A stretch of DNA of 64,000 nucleotides from Magnetospirillum sp. (GCA_027532905.1 JAPZUA010000001.1:1111950-1175949), one strand, 5' to 3'; counted from the stretch's first letter, positions 29,266 through 40,563 are shown. A program made the numbers and translations. The notes: generated from the letters alone by a model not told the origin.

Positions 29266-30801
29266 TTACCGACCGGCCGTCTTCCACACATCCCGATAAC
29301 GCGGGATCTGATCCGGGATCCACGTGAAGCCTTGGACCGTATCTTTGCGCGCAAGATACTGGACGGCGAAGAACAACGATACATACGGCAGATCATCAAC
29401 GATGATTTGCTGCGCCTTCGCATAGAGAGGCTTGCGCGCGTTGATATCCGTCAGTGCACGCGCCTGGTCCAACAAGGCATCGAACTCTTTGTTCGAATAC
29501 CCCGTCGAGTTCTGCGCCGCGTTTGTATAGAAAAGGAACCGGAACAACCCATCGGGATCCGGACGCTGCGTCCAGTTCATCGGCGTGAAGTTAATCTGAC
29601 GCCGAACCGTACGCGGATAGAACTCGGCGTTCGAAACCGGCTCAAGCGTCACTGTGATTCCGACTGCCTTCAATTGATCCTGAATCACCTCGGATATCTG
29701 CGAGTCGGGCGTGCGCTGAGGCGATGCCATGGCAATCGACAGCCCATTCGGGTAGCCAGCCTGCCTCAGAAGTTCGCGCGCCTTGGCCGGATCATAGGGA
29801 AGCGACTTGACGTCGGGGCTCTGCCACCAAAGACCTTCGGGTGTCGGCGATTCAGCGATCGGCGCTTGCCCCAGCATGATGATGTCCACCAGCTTCTTTC
29901 GGTCGATCGCGTGCGCGATTGCCCGGCGCAGCAACGGATTGTCGAAGGGTGGCTTGTCGATCTGCCATTGCAGCGAATACCAGCGGTTCGCCGGGGCCCG
30001 ATCAAGCTTGATATCGCGAACGTTGCGGAGCGGGATCACATCCTGCGCTGTAAGCGTAGGGATAAGGTCAAGTTCACCCGTCCGTAGGCGCTGCAAACCC
30101 ACAACAGATCCCGCGATATTCTGCATCACGATCCTGTCGAGATAAGGCTTTCCGGCCTCCCAATAGTTCGGGTTGCGTTCGACGACCAACTGGTTCCCGC
30201 GCACCCATTCACGGAGAATAAAGGGACCGCTTCCGACCGGTCGGCTTCCGAAGTCATCGCCGAGCCTTTGGACGGCCGTCGGCGACACCATGTAGCCTTC
30301 GCGCTGTCCGAGAAGCCCCAATAGTCCGGGATCCGCTACCTTGGTGTCGACCGCCACTGTCAGCGGATCCAAAACTGTAACCGCCTTGATCGATGCTTCA
30401 AGCGCCGGTCGTTGGGGCGATTTGGCGTCCGGATTGAGGCGCCAATCGAAGTTCCATTTCACTGCTTCGGCATCGACAGGCGTGCCGTCCTGGAACTTGA
30501 CGCCTGGCCGCAGTTTCAAGATGAGACGCAGCCCCTCATTCTCGTATCGCCAGCTTTCCGCGAGTTCGGGCTTGACCGAGAAATCGGTGTCGAGGCGAAC
30601 GAGCGTGTTGTAGAGCAGATAGAGGACATCACGCTCCGATAGATCGTTGGAGCGGACCGGATCCAAGGTTTGCATGCCGTGAAAGGACCCGACGACAAGC
30701 GTGCCGCCTCGCACCGGTTCTTGCGCCAAAGCGGAGAACGCCATCGAGCCGCCAGCCAGAAGCCCAAGAACTAGGCTTCGGAATCCGCGTTGCACTCCCA
30801 T
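29266..30801 (-). CDS. ABC transporter substrate-binding protein, family 5 (peptide/nickel/opine type)
   Basis: A signal peptide is present and the product shows family-5 substrate-binding-protein similarity throughout. Confidence 0.8.
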   Translation of the reverse strand: MGVQRGFRSLVLGLLAGGSMAFSALAQEPVRGGTLVVGSFHGMQTLDPVRSNDLSERDVLYLLYNTLVRLDTDFSVKPELAESWRYENEGLRLILKLRPGVKFQDGTPVDAEAVKWNFDWRLNPDAKSPQRPALEASIKAVTVLDPLTVAVDTKVADPGLLGLLGQREGYMVSPTAVQRLGDDFGSRPVGSGPFILREWVRGNQLVVERNPNYWEAGKPYLDRIVMQNIAGSVVGLQRLRTGELDLIPTLTAQDVIPLRNVRDIKLDRAPANRWYSLQWQIDKPPFDNPLLRRAIAHAIDRKKLVDIIMLGQAPIAESPTPEGLWWQSPDVKSLPYDPAKARELLRQAGYPNGLSIAMASPQRTPDSQISEVIQDQLKAVGITVTLEPVSNAEFYPRTVRRQINFTPMNWTQRPDPDGLFRFLFYTNAAQNSTGYSNKEFDALLDQARALTDINARKPLYAKAQQIIVDDLPYVSLFFAVQYLARKDTVQGFTWIPDQIPRYRDVWKTAGR

Positions 30802-31163
30802 ATTCGCCCTCCATCCCGGTTGTCCCAAAAGTGGGATTATTAATTATTAGATGACAGTATTAGCCTCAACGACGAATGTCAACGTGTCGGGAAGCAGATT
30901 GTACGCGAAACGGCTTCAAACAGATCGTCGAGATCGGCGACAGATCCGATTAGCTCGGTCAGCGGATCTATCCGCGAGAAGCGCGGGGCATCATCAAAGA
31001 ACGAAAGCACAGCAGCGCTTGTGGTGATTCGTCTACTTTTCGCGGCATCAGTTTCGATAGTTGTTTCTGAATTTTTATCGCGTCGATCAGGCGCACAATG
31101 CCGCTATGGGAGCTTGAACGGCTTTTCAGGCTTATTGGGATATGACTAGTATGATCTGTTCCG

Positions 31164-31175
31164 AATTTTGAACAC
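31164..31175 (+). promoter_or_regulatory. Motif AATTTTGAACAC
   Basis: A variant of the recurrent TTTTGGAACAC motif. It lies just upstream of the ribosome-binding site of the 31189 gene. Confidence 0.35.
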
Positions 31176-31188
31176 TAGGGGATTAACA

Positions 31189-32151
31189 ATGCGAATTCTT
31201 GTAACAGGGGGCGTCGGTGTGAACGGGGCCGTTGTCACGCGTAAACTACTCGCGCACGGCATCGTCCCCATCGTCGTTGATCGACGTGCTGATTTCTCGC
31301 TTGTGCAAGACATCAAAGGAAAATTCGATTTTGCAGAACTCGATATCACCGACTTTGACGCTGTTAACAGCTTGCTTGCCGAAAAACAGATCGATCGAAT
31401 CATCCATTTAGCGGCATTTATAGATCCGAACATGGACACGGAACCGTTTAAATCGTTCCAGGTAAACGCAGCAGGCACTGCGAATCTACTTGAAGCGGCA
31501 AAGCGGGCGGGAATCAAACGATTCGTCTATGCAAGCAGCCGCGCTGTCTACGGCGAATTGCCGGGCAATGTTGGCGTGCCGGAATACCGACTGATTTCGG
31601 AGGACTATCCGAAAAACCCGCTCCTCTCGTACGACGCGACGAAGTTGGCCGCCGAAAATCTTGGCCAAGTCTATCGAACCGTTTTTGGGCTCGAGTTCGC
31701 AGCGCTGCGTTTTTCGGCAATCTACGGACCCGGCAAACAGGCGCGACATGGCAAAATGTCACTGCGCAGTCGCCTGGTGGAAGACCCGTTCTGCGGAAAA
31801 GAAGTGCATCTGCAAAAGGGCGGCGACCAGGTCGATGACTTGATCTATGTCGACGACGCCGCGGAGGGCATGGTCGGCGCTGTGATGGCCGAAAAGCTGC
31901 CTCACGCAGCGTATAACATCGCAAGCGGCGTTGGATGCACTCTCCGTCAATTTGCCGATGCCGTTCGTGCGGCGATCCCAGGCACGGTTATCGAAATCGG
32001 CCCAGGACTAAATCCACTCGGCTTTTCCGTCAATCGGGCTGGGATATTCGACATCCAACGCGCGGGCATCGACTTTGGATTCAAGCCGAAATTTGATCTG
32101 GCAAGCGGCGTGAAAGACTATGTCGATGCGCTTCGACGCCTTGAACAATAA
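31189..32151 (+). CDS. NAD-dependent epimerase/dehydratase (extended SDR)
   Basis: The sequence begins MRILVTGGVGVNG, and the catalytic YxxxK motif (YDATK) is present. Confidence 0.8.
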   Translation: MRILVTGGVGVNGAVVTRKLLAHGIVPIVVDRRADFSLVQDIKGKFDFAELDITDFDAVNSLLAEKQIDRIIHLAAFIDPNMDTEPFKSFQVNAAGTANLLEAAKRAGIKRFVYASSRAVYGELPGNVGVPEYRLISEDYPKNPLLSYDATKLAAENLGQVYRTVFGLEFAALRFSAIYGPGKQARHGKMSLRSRLVEDPFCGKEVHLQKGGDQVDDLIYVDDAAEGMVGAVMAEKLPHAAYNIASGVGCTLRQFADAVRAAIPGTVIEIGPGLNPLGFSVNRAGIFDIQRAGIDFGFKPKFDLASGVKDYVDALRRLEQ

Positions 32152-32170
32152 CTTTGCCGACCTGAGTGGA

Positions 32171-34510
32171 TTAGCGTGCGCTTGCGGTTCGCGCCGCCTC
32201 GATGAGCGCACGCAGGCGGACTGGCGTCACGGGGAGATCTAGCACCCGCACGCCGAGTGGTTTCAGCGCATCTTCGATTGCCGACACGACAGCCGCAGGC
32301 GCCGCGATCGTGCCGCCTTCGGCAGCGCCTTTGACGCCGAGCGGATTGAGCGGGCTTGGGGACTCCATGTGCAGCAACTCGATGCGAGGCAATACATCCG
32401 AGGCCGGCAGCAAATAGTCCCCGTAAGTCACCGTAAGCGGCTGTCCGCGATCATCGTAGCGCATCCATTCGAACAAGGCGTTGCCGATGCCGTGGACAAT
32501 CGCCCCAAGCACCTGCCCTTCAACGATCTGAGGGTTGATGACCTTCCCACAATCGTGGATCGCAACATATCGAGTTAGTTCTATGCCGCCCGTTTCGCAA
32601 TCTACTTCGACCTCGGCGACATGCGCGCCGTTTGCGAAAGGGGTTCCGGCAACCTGAAAATCGGATGCAGCGAACAAACCGGGAGAAATCCCCCCCGGAA
32701 GAGCGAATCCGATCGATCCATTTACCGCTTTAGCGAGGTCGCCGAGCGACCGCGACATCTGACGTACACCCCGCACATGCGCGACACCATCTCGAAGTTC
32801 GATGTCCTCCGGCGCCGCTTCGAGAAGGACAGAGGCGATCTGTTTTGCCTTCTGTGCAACCTCGATCGCCGCCGCATATACCGAGTTTCCCGCGGTCACT
32901 GTCTGGCGGCTTGCAAAGGCGCCAATTCCAAGCGGACTAAAGTTCGTATCGCCGACGATCACATCGATCATGCTGGTTTCAACTCCAAGTTCCCGCGCGA
33001 CGATCGTCGCCAGCATCGACTTTGTCCCCTGCCCCTGCGCTGTCGCGCCGCTTGTGACAAGTATGCGCCCGGAAGGTCCGATGCGGACAGATGCGCTCTC
33101 AAACGGACCGCGCCCCGTCAATTCGACGTAGTTCGACAAGCCAATCCCAATCCACCGTCCCTTGGCGCGCGCTGCGGCTTGACGAGCGGAAAAATCCGCC
33201 CATCCGGCCGCCGCTAGGACCCGTTTTTGGCATTCTGGATAGTCGCCGCTGTCGTAGGTCATCATGCTGCCGTCGCGCATGACGACCGGCGTCGTAAACG
33301 GCATCTGACTTGCTTGAATGAGATTCCTACTGCGTATCTCGTCGCGCGTTATCCCGACGATCGCGGCGGCGCGATCAAGCATGCGTTCCATTACATACGT
33401 GCCTTGCGGCCGACCTGCGCCCCTTGTCGCCGCAGTGGGCACCATGTTGGTCAGACAAGACGAAACCTTCATCTCGTAGGCAGGCAAGACGTAGGCGCCG
33501 ATCAGGTTTGTCGCCGCGTTTTGCGGAATGGAGCTGCCATAGGGCGTGCAGGCGCCATGGTCGTGGATAAGGCGCCCTTTGACGGCAAGCACCTTGCCAT
33601 CCTTGTCGAGCGCCATCGCTACCGACCAGAATTGATCGCGCTCCATGACAGTCGCCTGGAAGTTTTCACGTCGGTCCTCGGTCCATTTCAAAATGCGCCC
33701 AAGAAGTTTCGCCGCCGCAGGCACGGCAAGCTCCTCGGGATGGAATACGGCCTTCGGGCCGAAACCGCCGCCAACCTCAGGTGCCACGACCCGCACTTGA
33801 CTCTCGTGCAGCCCTAGCATTTGCACCAAGACTGCCTTGTTGCGATGCGGCATTTGGGTGCTGTCCCAAACATCCAGAGATTCGGCGCTTTCGTCGTACC
33901 TGGCCAAGATGCCGCGCGGTTCCATCGAATGCCCGCCGCCTTTATGCAGGCGGAATTCCTCCGAAAAAACATGCGCCGCACGTTTGAAGGCGCTATCGAC
34001 ATCCCCGTATTTGATGACCGCTTCGGCCACCAGATTATCCGGACAGTCGAGGCGCGTTTTCGGCGCACCTGGCGCAAGGCCGACGACGATGTCAACAACG
34101 GCAGTCAGCGGCTCGTAGTCGATTTCAACGCGCGCAGCAGCATCTTCCGCCAATGCCTGACTTTCAGCGACGACCAGTGCGATCGGTTCGCCGACATAAC
34201 ATGTCTCGCTGGAAGCGAGCACCGGCGGATCGACCACAAAACGGATGGCACCAGACGGCATAGCCAACGCGATGCGATCCTGCGTGAGCAGTGGGCGAAT
34301 ATCGGCATAGGTCAAAACCGCCTTCACCCCAGGCGCAGCCTTCGCTGCGGCGGTATCTATGCTTCGGATAAGCGCGTGCGCCATGGCGCTGCGAACGAAC
34401 GCGACATGAAGCATCCCTGGCATATGCAGATCATCGACGAAACGGCCCTTCCCACGCAGCAATGTCTCGTCTTCGTAACGCGTCCCAGTCTGCAGCTCAC
34501 CGATAGCCAT
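32171..34510 (-). CDS. Xanthine dehydrogenase-family molybdopterin-binding subunit (orphan large subunit 2)
   Basis: The 779-aa product has Mo-hydroxylase large-subunit motifs. An ATG at 34510 has a GAGGACAGG ribosome-binding site. Confidence 0.85.
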   Translation of the reverse strand: MAIGELQTGTRYEDETLLRGKGRFVDDLHMPGMLHVAFVRSAMAHALIRSIDTAAAKAAPGVKAVLTYADIRPLLTQDRIALAMPSGAIRFVVDPPVLASSETCYVGEPIALVVAESQALAEDAAARVEIDYEPLTAVVDIVVGLAPGAPKTRLDCPDNLVAEAVIKYGDVDSAFKRAAHVFSEEFRLHKGGGHSMEPRGILARYDESAESLDVWDSTQMPHRNKAVLVQMLGLHESQVRVVAPEVGGGFGPKAVFHPEELAVPAAAKLLGRILKWTEDRRENFQATVMERDQFWSVAMALDKDGKVLAVKGRLIHDHGACTPYGSSIPQNAATNLIGAYVLPAYEMKVSSCLTNMVPTAATRGAGRPQGTYVMERMLDRAAAIVGITRDEIRSRNLIQASQMPFTTPVVMRDGSMMTYDSGDYPECQKRVLAAAGWADFSARQAAARAKGRWIGIGLSNYVELTGRGPFESASVRIGPSGRILVTSGATAQGQGTKSMLATIVARELGVETSMIDVIVGDTNFSPLGIGAFASRQTVTAGNSVYAAAIEVAQKAKQIASVLLEAAPEDIELRDGVAHVRGVRQMSRSLGDLAKAVNGSIGFALPGGISPGLFAASDFQVAGTPFANGAHVAEVEVDCETGGIELTRYVAIHDCGKVINPQIVEGQVLGAIVHGIGNALFEWMRYDDRGQPLTVTYGDYLLPASDVLPRIELLHMESPSPLNPLGVKGAAEGGTIAAPAAVVSAIEDALKPLGVRVLDLPVTPVRLRALIEAARTASAR

Positions 34511-34601
34511 ATGCCTGTCCTCTAAAGACAATTCGTCAAATCAGTCCACATTTACGCCCCGGCCTTATCTTCGAACGCTTGCCGCCAAGACAGACGAAAG
34601 T

Positions 34602-35657
34602 TTATGCAAGCGCCTTGCTCCGTCGTGCGTTCTCCTCCCACCGGCGACGAACTTCGGCGGATTGATAGTCTTGCGTCTTCGACATCTTCGGCCAATCCGA
34701 TACGTCGAGCCAAAGCCGCAGTAGATGACGGCGGCGCTCTTTCTCCGGGTGGTCCTCGAATGCAGCACGCCCGTGCAGGACCGTGCGATTGTTCAGAAAC
34801 TGCATGTCGCCAGGCTCAAGATACATGTTCGTCATTATTTCAGGATGATTTGCAAACGCGTTGAGCGCCTGAAGTGCAGCCTCCTCCTTCGGACTAAGCT
34901 GCACCAATCCGGACAAAACCGGACGCCGAATATAGCCGGGCACATAAAAGCAATTCAGCCATCCATCCGCATGCTCGTAAATCGGAACGCGGTGCCGACT
35001 GACCAGATCGTAACCCGCGTCTTTTGCATCGCCGTCCGTACCGCGAAGGAAGAAGCCTTCGTATAGAACCTCCAAGAGCATTGGGCAGTGGTCGAGAAGC
35101 AGATTATGTACCGCATGGGCGCTCGCCAACCGCGACGCGCCACCGGTTTTCGCCATTGTAATGCTTAACATCGAGACAATATCGGAAGCGTCAGTATGAG
35201 CGAGCTGAGCGCCGGGTGAGTGGTATCCACGGCGGCGGAATATGTCGGGCTGCTCGTCGCTCAAATCGATTATGTCGCCCAAGCGGTCGCCTTCGTGGCT
35301 TTGCGCTTCGGCGCGCCCGAAATGAGCGCCGATCCCCCAATAGATGCGCTTCAGATCATCCAGACCGTACTTCTGCGCCGGCAATCCCCGAATAACGATA
35401 AAACCCCGCCCGGTCGCGATCTCTTTTCGAATTTCGTCAAGATCGCCATTAAGCGATACGAGCGGAAAATCGTCGGATCGCACCGCATCCCAAGCAAGTC
35501 CGCGCGCCTTGACCCGCGCAAGACAATCATCGATCTCTTGAAGGGTTCGCTCCGGCAGACGGAACACCCAATCGCTTCGATCGGACAATTCCTTGGCTGT
35601 CCAAACGGAGCGGCCTTGAGGGCGATACCGCGCAAACGAGGTTGTGCCTTGGTTCAT
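34602..35657 (-). CDS. TauD/TfdA-like Fe(II)/2OG dioxygenase family protein
   Basis: The clavaminate-synthase-like fold is present, with HTD...H motifs. Confidence 0.65.
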   Translation of the reverse strand: MNQGTTSFARYRPQGRSVWTAKELSDRSDWVFRLPERTLQEIDDCLARVKARGLAWDAVRSDDFPLVSLNGDLDEIRKEIATGRGFIVIRGLPAQKYGLDDLKRIYWGIGAHFGRAEAQSHEGDRLGDIIDLSDEQPDIFRRRGYHSPGAQLAHTDASDIVSMLSITMAKTGGASRLASAHAVHNLLLDHCPMLLEVLYEGFFLRGTDGDAKDAGYDLVSRHRVPIYEHADGWLNCFYVPGYIRRPVLSGLVQLSPKEEAALQALNAFANHPEIMTNMYLEPGDMQFLNNRTVLHGRAAFEDHPEKERRRHLLRLWLDVSDWPKMSKTQDYQSAEVRRRWEENARRSKALA

Positions 35658-36002
35658 AGCATCCTCCTATTTCGGAGCCACATTCAGTGTCGGTGCGCTC
35701 GAACGGTGCCCGGCGGTTAACCCGCCACAATATGGAAATGGTTCATCTCCGGCTTTTCCTGACATGATTAGGCCAAATTGTTCCAAAGTTTGAACCCTCC
35801 TTGGCCATCAGGAAATGTCCGCTGTGCCTCACCCTTGCATTCGTTTGAGCTTGAAAAACAAGGAATCGGCAATGTGCTCCTCCAAATACCCTTCGAACGG
35901 CTGACCACAGAACGATAGCACATTCCCATTTTTTGTATTATTATTGATTTTGGTATGAATACGAGCGAAAACTAGTTTTTCCGTGAAGAGATTCAGCAGT
36001 AA

Positions 36003-37658
36003 ATGACAACTCACCTTCTGACCACGCTAGGCCGAGACCGACTTGACCGGCACTATCGGGACGGCTCTTGGAAAAGCGACACCTTCTACAAACTTGTCGC
36101 GAACCGGGCTGAGCGAAGCCCCGACAAATTTGCCATCCGCGATCGCGCCCGACGGCTCACCTACAGACAGCTTGTCCAGGAGGCGGATGCTCTCGCACGC
36201 GCGCTACAACACCGCGGAACCCGCCCAGGGCAACGTATCGCCGTTTGGGTCGCAAGCCGCATTGAAGTCGCGATCGCGCTCCTTGCCTGTTCGCGCAACG
36301 GCTATGTCTGCTGCCCTTCGCTACACCGCGACCACACTGTAAACGACGTCACAGAATTGCTTCGAAAAGTTCGTGCGTCCGTGCTGATTGCCCAGCGTGG
36401 TTTCGGCGCCGACGCCGAAAAGAACGACATCGTCGTTCAGGCGGGAACAATCGCGTCGATCAGACATATCTATGTGCTTGGATCGGTCGATGAGCATAAC
36501 GGAACTCCGCTTTCGCTGCCGTGGTCACAAGACGCGGCCGCAGAAGCGAACCCAGTTCGGCCCGATGACAATCCCGACAGCGTCGTTTATCTCGCCTTCA
36601 CATCCGGTACGACAGGCGTTCCCAAAGGCGTCATGCACAGCGACAATACGCTGCTTGCCAACGCACGAACAATCTCGCGGGACTGGACGATCGACGAGAA
36701 GGCAAATGTCTATACGCTCGGCACTCTGAGCCACAATCTCGGATTTGGCGCGATGATCATGACTTTGATTGTCGGCGGCGAGATAATCGTCCACGACTTG
36801 CCCAAAGGGGCGAGCTTGCTCGACCGGCTCAAGGAAGTGGGCGCCACGTTTCTTTTCGGCGTTCCCACGCATGCCATAGACCTGCTGTCGGAGATGCGAG
36901 GCCGCAAGGCCCTTGATCTTCCCAAACTCGCCGGCTTTCGCGTGTCTGGCGCATCCGCCCCTGCTTGGGTCATCAGCGAGCTTCTGAGCCACGGAATCAA
37001 GCCGCAGGCCGGGTATGGCATGACGGAAACGTGCTCACATCAGTATACGCATCCGAACGACGAAGCGAGATTGCTCACCGAGACAGTCGGCCGTGCTTGC
37101 GAAGGCTACGAGATAAAGATCTGGAACACGGAGAACGCGTCGATCGAAATGCCTGTCGGGGAGATCGGCGAGATAGGCGGCAGGGGTGCAAGCCTTATGC
37201 TAGGCTACTTCAACGATCAGACGGCGACGGAAGACTCGTTCAACGCCCACGGCTGGTTCATGACCAGCGATTTGGGCTGGATCGACGAGAATGGCTACCT
37301 TCGCATCACCGGCCGCAAGAAGGATGTCATCAATCGCGGTGGACACAAGATTTTCCCTGCAAAACTCGAGGCGATCGCGTCCCAGCACCATAGCATCGAA
37401 CGCGTTGCTGCAATCCCGGTTGCCGATGCACGGCTCGGCGAGAAGGTCTGCCTCGCGGTCGAATTCCGAAACGGCGAGAAGATTTCGGCAAAAGATATTC
37501 TGGAGCATCTGAACGTCGGTGGGCTTTCGAAGTACGACATGCCCGAGTATTTCCTCGAGCTCGACCGCATTCCGCTCACCGCGAGCGGAAAGATCCGAAA
37601 AGTCGAAATAGTCGAGGCGGTCAAATCCGGTCGCCAGCTTCCTGTCGCAATCCGGTGA
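36003..37658 (+). CDS. AMP-dependent synthetase/ligase (acyl- or aryl-CoA ligase)
   Basis: The AMP-binding motif TSGTTGVPKGV is present, with ligase family core motifs. Confidence 0.85.
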   Translation: MTTHLLTTLGRDRLDRHYRDGSWKSDTFYKLVANRAERSPDKFAIRDRARRLTYRQLVQEADALARALQHRGTRPGQRIAVWVASRIEVAIALLACSRNGYVCCPSLHRDHTVNDVTELLRKVRASVLIAQRGFGADAEKNDIVVQAGTIASIRHIYVLGSVDEHNGTPLSLPWSQDAAAEANPVRPDDNPDSVVYLAFTSGTTGVPKGVMHSDNTLLANARTISRDWTIDEKANVYTLGTLSHNLGFGAMIMTLIVGGEIIVHDLPKGASLLDRLKEVGATFLFGVPTHAIDLLSEMRGRKALDLPKLAGFRVSGASAPAWVISELLSHGIKPQAGYGMTETCSHQYTHPNDEARLLTETVGRACEGYEIKIWNTENASIEMPVGEIGEIGGRGASLMLGYFNDQTATEDSFNAHGWFMTSDLGWIDENGYLRITGRKKDVINRGGHKIFPAKLEAIASQHHSIERVAAIPVADARLGEKVCLAVEFRNGEKISAKDILEHLNVGGLSKYDMPEYFLELDRIPLTASGKIRKVEIVEAVKSGRQLPVAIR

Positions 37659-37705
37659 TCGCAAGAGCGCCACACGAACTTTGAATACGTCTCAGCGAAG
37701 GTCAC

Positions 37706-38707
37706 ATGCGCGCCATAATCGTCGATGCCTACGGCCCGATCGAAAATCTGCGTCTCGGCACGATGCCAGATCCAGTCCCTGTCCGAGACGAGGTGCTCGT
37801 GCGCACCCATGCCACCACGGTCAACTATGTCGACCAGTTGGTGATCACCGGGAAGTACCAGTTCTTGCCCAAGCCACCCTTCGTGCCCGGCAAGGGGCCT
37901 GCCGGTATTGTCATTGGGCTAGGGCCCGATGCCAAGAGAATCAAAGTCGGAGATAGAGTTCTGGCAATGGCGGAGATCGGCGGATATGCCGAACTCGCAA
38001 CGGTATCGGAATCACAATGCTATGTGCTGCCACCCAAGATGAGCTTCCCCGAAGCGTCGTCGATGGCCGTCGCGAGCGATACCGCTTGGTTCGCCCTGAA
38101 CGATCGGGCACGTTACAAGGTCGGCGACACTGTCCTTGTGCTTGGCGCTTCGGGTGCCGTGGGAATAGCCGCGATTCAAATCGCGAAGGCAATGGGCGCT
38201 TTTGTAATGGCGGGGATATCCAACCCCGACAAGATACCCCTCGCAAAGTTAGCCGGAGCCGACGCGATCGTCGACTTGGCGCGGCCCGACCTACGCGACG
38301 GGTTGCGTGCCCAAGTCCACGCCCTAACGGATGGTCGTGGCGCAGACATCATCCTCGATCCGCTTGGCGGCGATGTATTCGACGCTGCAATCCGCGCGCT
38401 TGCCTGGTGCGGTCGACTCGTTGTCATCGGGTTCGCCGCAGGACGAATTCCGACACTTAAAGTCAACTACGTGCTCCTGAAGAACATTGAAGTGACTGGC
38501 CTTCAGGTCAGCGATTACCGCAAGAAACGCCCCGAGCAAGTTGAAACCTGCTATCGGCAATTATTCGATTGGTTTCAAGCCGGAAAGATATCTCCGCTGC
38601 CGATGACCGCGTATACGTTCGAGAATTTCCACGAGGCGCTTGCGGCTATTCGCGACAGAACGGCGCGCGGACGCGTTGTCCTTACGCACAGAACGGACAC
38701 GCTATAG
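37706..38707 (+). CDS. Quinone oxidoreductase / zinc-binding dehydrogenase (MDR family)
   Basis: MDR family motifs and a Rossmann fold (LVLGASGAVGIAAIQ). Confidence 0.8.
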   Translation: MRAIIVDAYGPIENLRLGTMPDPVPVRDEVLVRTHATTVNYVDQLVITGKYQFLPKPPFVPGKGPAGIVIGLGPDAKRIKVGDRVLAMAEIGGYAELATVSESQCYVLPPKMSFPEASSMAVASDTAWFALNDRARYKVGDTVLVLGASGAVGIAAIQIAKAMGAFVMAGISNPDKIPLAKLAGADAIVDLARPDLRDGLRAQVHALTDGRGADIILDPLGGDVFDAAIRALAWCGRLVVIGFAAGRIPTLKVNYVLLKNIEVTGLQVSDYRKKRPEQVETCYRQLFDWFQAGKISPLPMTAYTFENFHEALAAIRDRTARGRVVLTHRTDTL

Positions 38708-38720
38708 CGTTGAAGCCAAC

Positions 38721-39512
38721 TCAAGTGCCGTGCGAGACGTCGTCCTCGACGCGCTTCGGACGGCTTGGCGCCAAAACGCGCTTTCGCCGAACCGTGCTGT
38801 TTTCGTGTTTTCCCGCCGCTTCGTCCTCAAGTCTTGTAAGCAGCGCGATCGCGTAGCGCGCCGAACGCTCGACCATTGATTTGCAACGCTGAACGATATC
38901 ATCGACATCGCGGCGTATGGCCGCATCGACGACTCCTCGCATAATTGAAAGCGTTTCGCTCTCGCGTTCGGCTCCCGAAGCCTCTGCGGTTAACGCCCGC
39001 AAATAGTTTATTCGAGCGCGCAAGTTGCGAAGTATCGAACGGGCCACCTCGTTGTCGGCGCCACGCATCAAGATGTCGAAAAAACGATCAATCGACTGGA
39101 CGTAGTCAGTGACCGGCTTGCGATTGATATCCCGCTCGATCGCGTCGCACGCGAGTTTCAGCGCCTCGACGTCTTTTGCGCTTGCTCGCTGAACGAACAG
39201 GCCCGCCGACGCTGTCTCGAGGGCAAGTCGAACCTCGTATATTTGGCGAGCTTCCGACGGCGAAAGAGCAGCGACCATGAGTCCCCGACGCGGCCCACGT
39301 TCGACCAATCCTTCAGCCTCAAGCTGACGAAGCGCTTCTCGGATCGACGTCCTGCTGACGCCGGTTTCGACACACAGCATTCGCTCCGTGAGCTTTTGGC
39401 CCGGTTTGTAGTGGAGCCGCAGAATAGCGTTGCGGATCTTGACGGTGGCACGTTCCCGCAAATTGGGGGCATTTCGTCCAACCCGCAGCGATTGCTGTCC
39501 GCCACGCGCCAT
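38721..39512 (-). CDS. GntR-family transcriptional regulator (FadR/FCD subfamily)
   Basis: An N-terminal winged HTH (LTERMLCVETGVSRTSIREAL) is followed by an FCD domain. Confidence 0.8.
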   Translation of the reverse strand: MARGGQQSLRVGRNAPNLRERATVKIRNAILRLHYKPGQKLTERMLCVETGVSRTSIREALRQLEAEGLVERGPRRGLMVAALSPSEARQIYEVRLALETASAGLFVQRASAKDVEALKLACDAIERDINRKPVTDYVQSIDRFFDILMRGADNEVARSILRNLRARINYLRALTAEASGAERESETLSIMRGVVDAAIRRDVDDIVQRCKSMVERSARYAIALLTRLEDEAAGKHENSTVRRKRVLAPSRPKRVEDDVSHGT

Positions 39513-39595
39513 CCAGAAGAATCCTTGCGTCTGAGCCGCAGATTAGGTGATCTGCACGCCTTCAAGAATATCAGAGGATCGTCGCAAAAGTCTGC

Positions 39596-40201
39596 CTATC
39601 CTTGGCGGCGGCCGAATAGCCTCGAAACATAAGCCAATATCACCTTCCACAACAGTCTGCCTGCCGACAGGCTCTCTACCGGTGGCGGCGTTGATGGGGC
39701 GGATACCGAATTTGTCGCCGGGTCTTGTGTCGAAACCGGACTAGTGTTTTCGGCGTCGATCTGGTTCCGCAAACGGCCAGCGAACTCCGATGTAATCTGA
39801 TTGGCGAGTTCTTTTATAACACCGGAAGCTCGGCCATACTGAGCAACGGCTCCAGTTAGCGATAGGGTCGTCTTGATCGTGACAATCGAGCCCGATGGCG
39901 ACGGGTCTAGTCCAAACTGGATGTTAGCATTGGCCGCTCCGCGCCCCTTAGCATCGTTGCCGCGCGCGGTCGCCAAGGCTCGGTGGTTCACCGCATCCAT
40001 TTCAGTGAATTTTACGGTACCGGCGAAGTTCATTGTCACCGGGCCAAGGCGAACCGTAACCTTCCCTTTGAAGGTCTTATCGTCGACAATCTCGACCAGT
40101 TCTGCGCCCGGCATACACTTGACCATGTTCGGCACATCGAGCAACACAGCCCAAGCGCGGTCGGGAGGAAGCGGCACTTCAAACGAGTTTTCAAATTCCA
40201 T
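39596..40201 (-). CDS. CoxG-family SRPBCC protein (carbon monoxide dehydrogenase subunit G-like)
   Basis: The SRPBCC/CoxG fold. CoxG-like proteins usually accompany Mo-hydroxylases. Confidence 0.7.
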   Translation of the reverse strand: MEFENSFEVPLPPDRAWAVLLDVPNMVKCMPGAELVEIVDDKTFKGKVTVRLGPVTMNFAGTVKFTEMDAVNHRALATARGNDAKGRGAANANIQFGLDPSPSGSIVTIKTTLSLTGAVAQYGRASGVIKELANQITSEFAGRLRNQIDAENTSPVSTQDPATNSVSAPSTPPPVESLSAGRLLWKVILAYVSRLFGRRQG

Positions 40202-40391
40202 AACGCTTATCGGACCCCTTTGGCCTTTGCCTCAAATTCGCGACAGAGCGTCGCATCGACCACTTCACGCCTCGAAACATACCACCAATTCCAATTTCGG
40301 TACAGTTGGCAATTGACACAAATATGACTGCCTGTTATTGAATTTACGACATTTGAAATGCCTGCTGTATGCTGGAGTTGAGAAGAGAGAA

Positions 40392-40405
40392 AAAAATTGG
40401 AACAC
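40392..40405 (+). promoter_or_regulatory. Motif AAAAATTGGAACAC
   Basis: The recurrent motif, about 155 nt upstream of the ABC permease gene. Confidence 0.4.
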
Positions 40406-40563
40406 TCCGTTCTGCAGACTGCGACACTGTCCAATCAGCGCCCCCTGCGGCTCCTGCTGCCGAACGAATTGTCGTCTGTATCTCAGCTTAAAAGCAGCGA
40501 CAATTTGGCTTTTTCCGATCCGATGCCGCCCTGCGCTACCTCAGCCGTATTGGAACTTGGCCA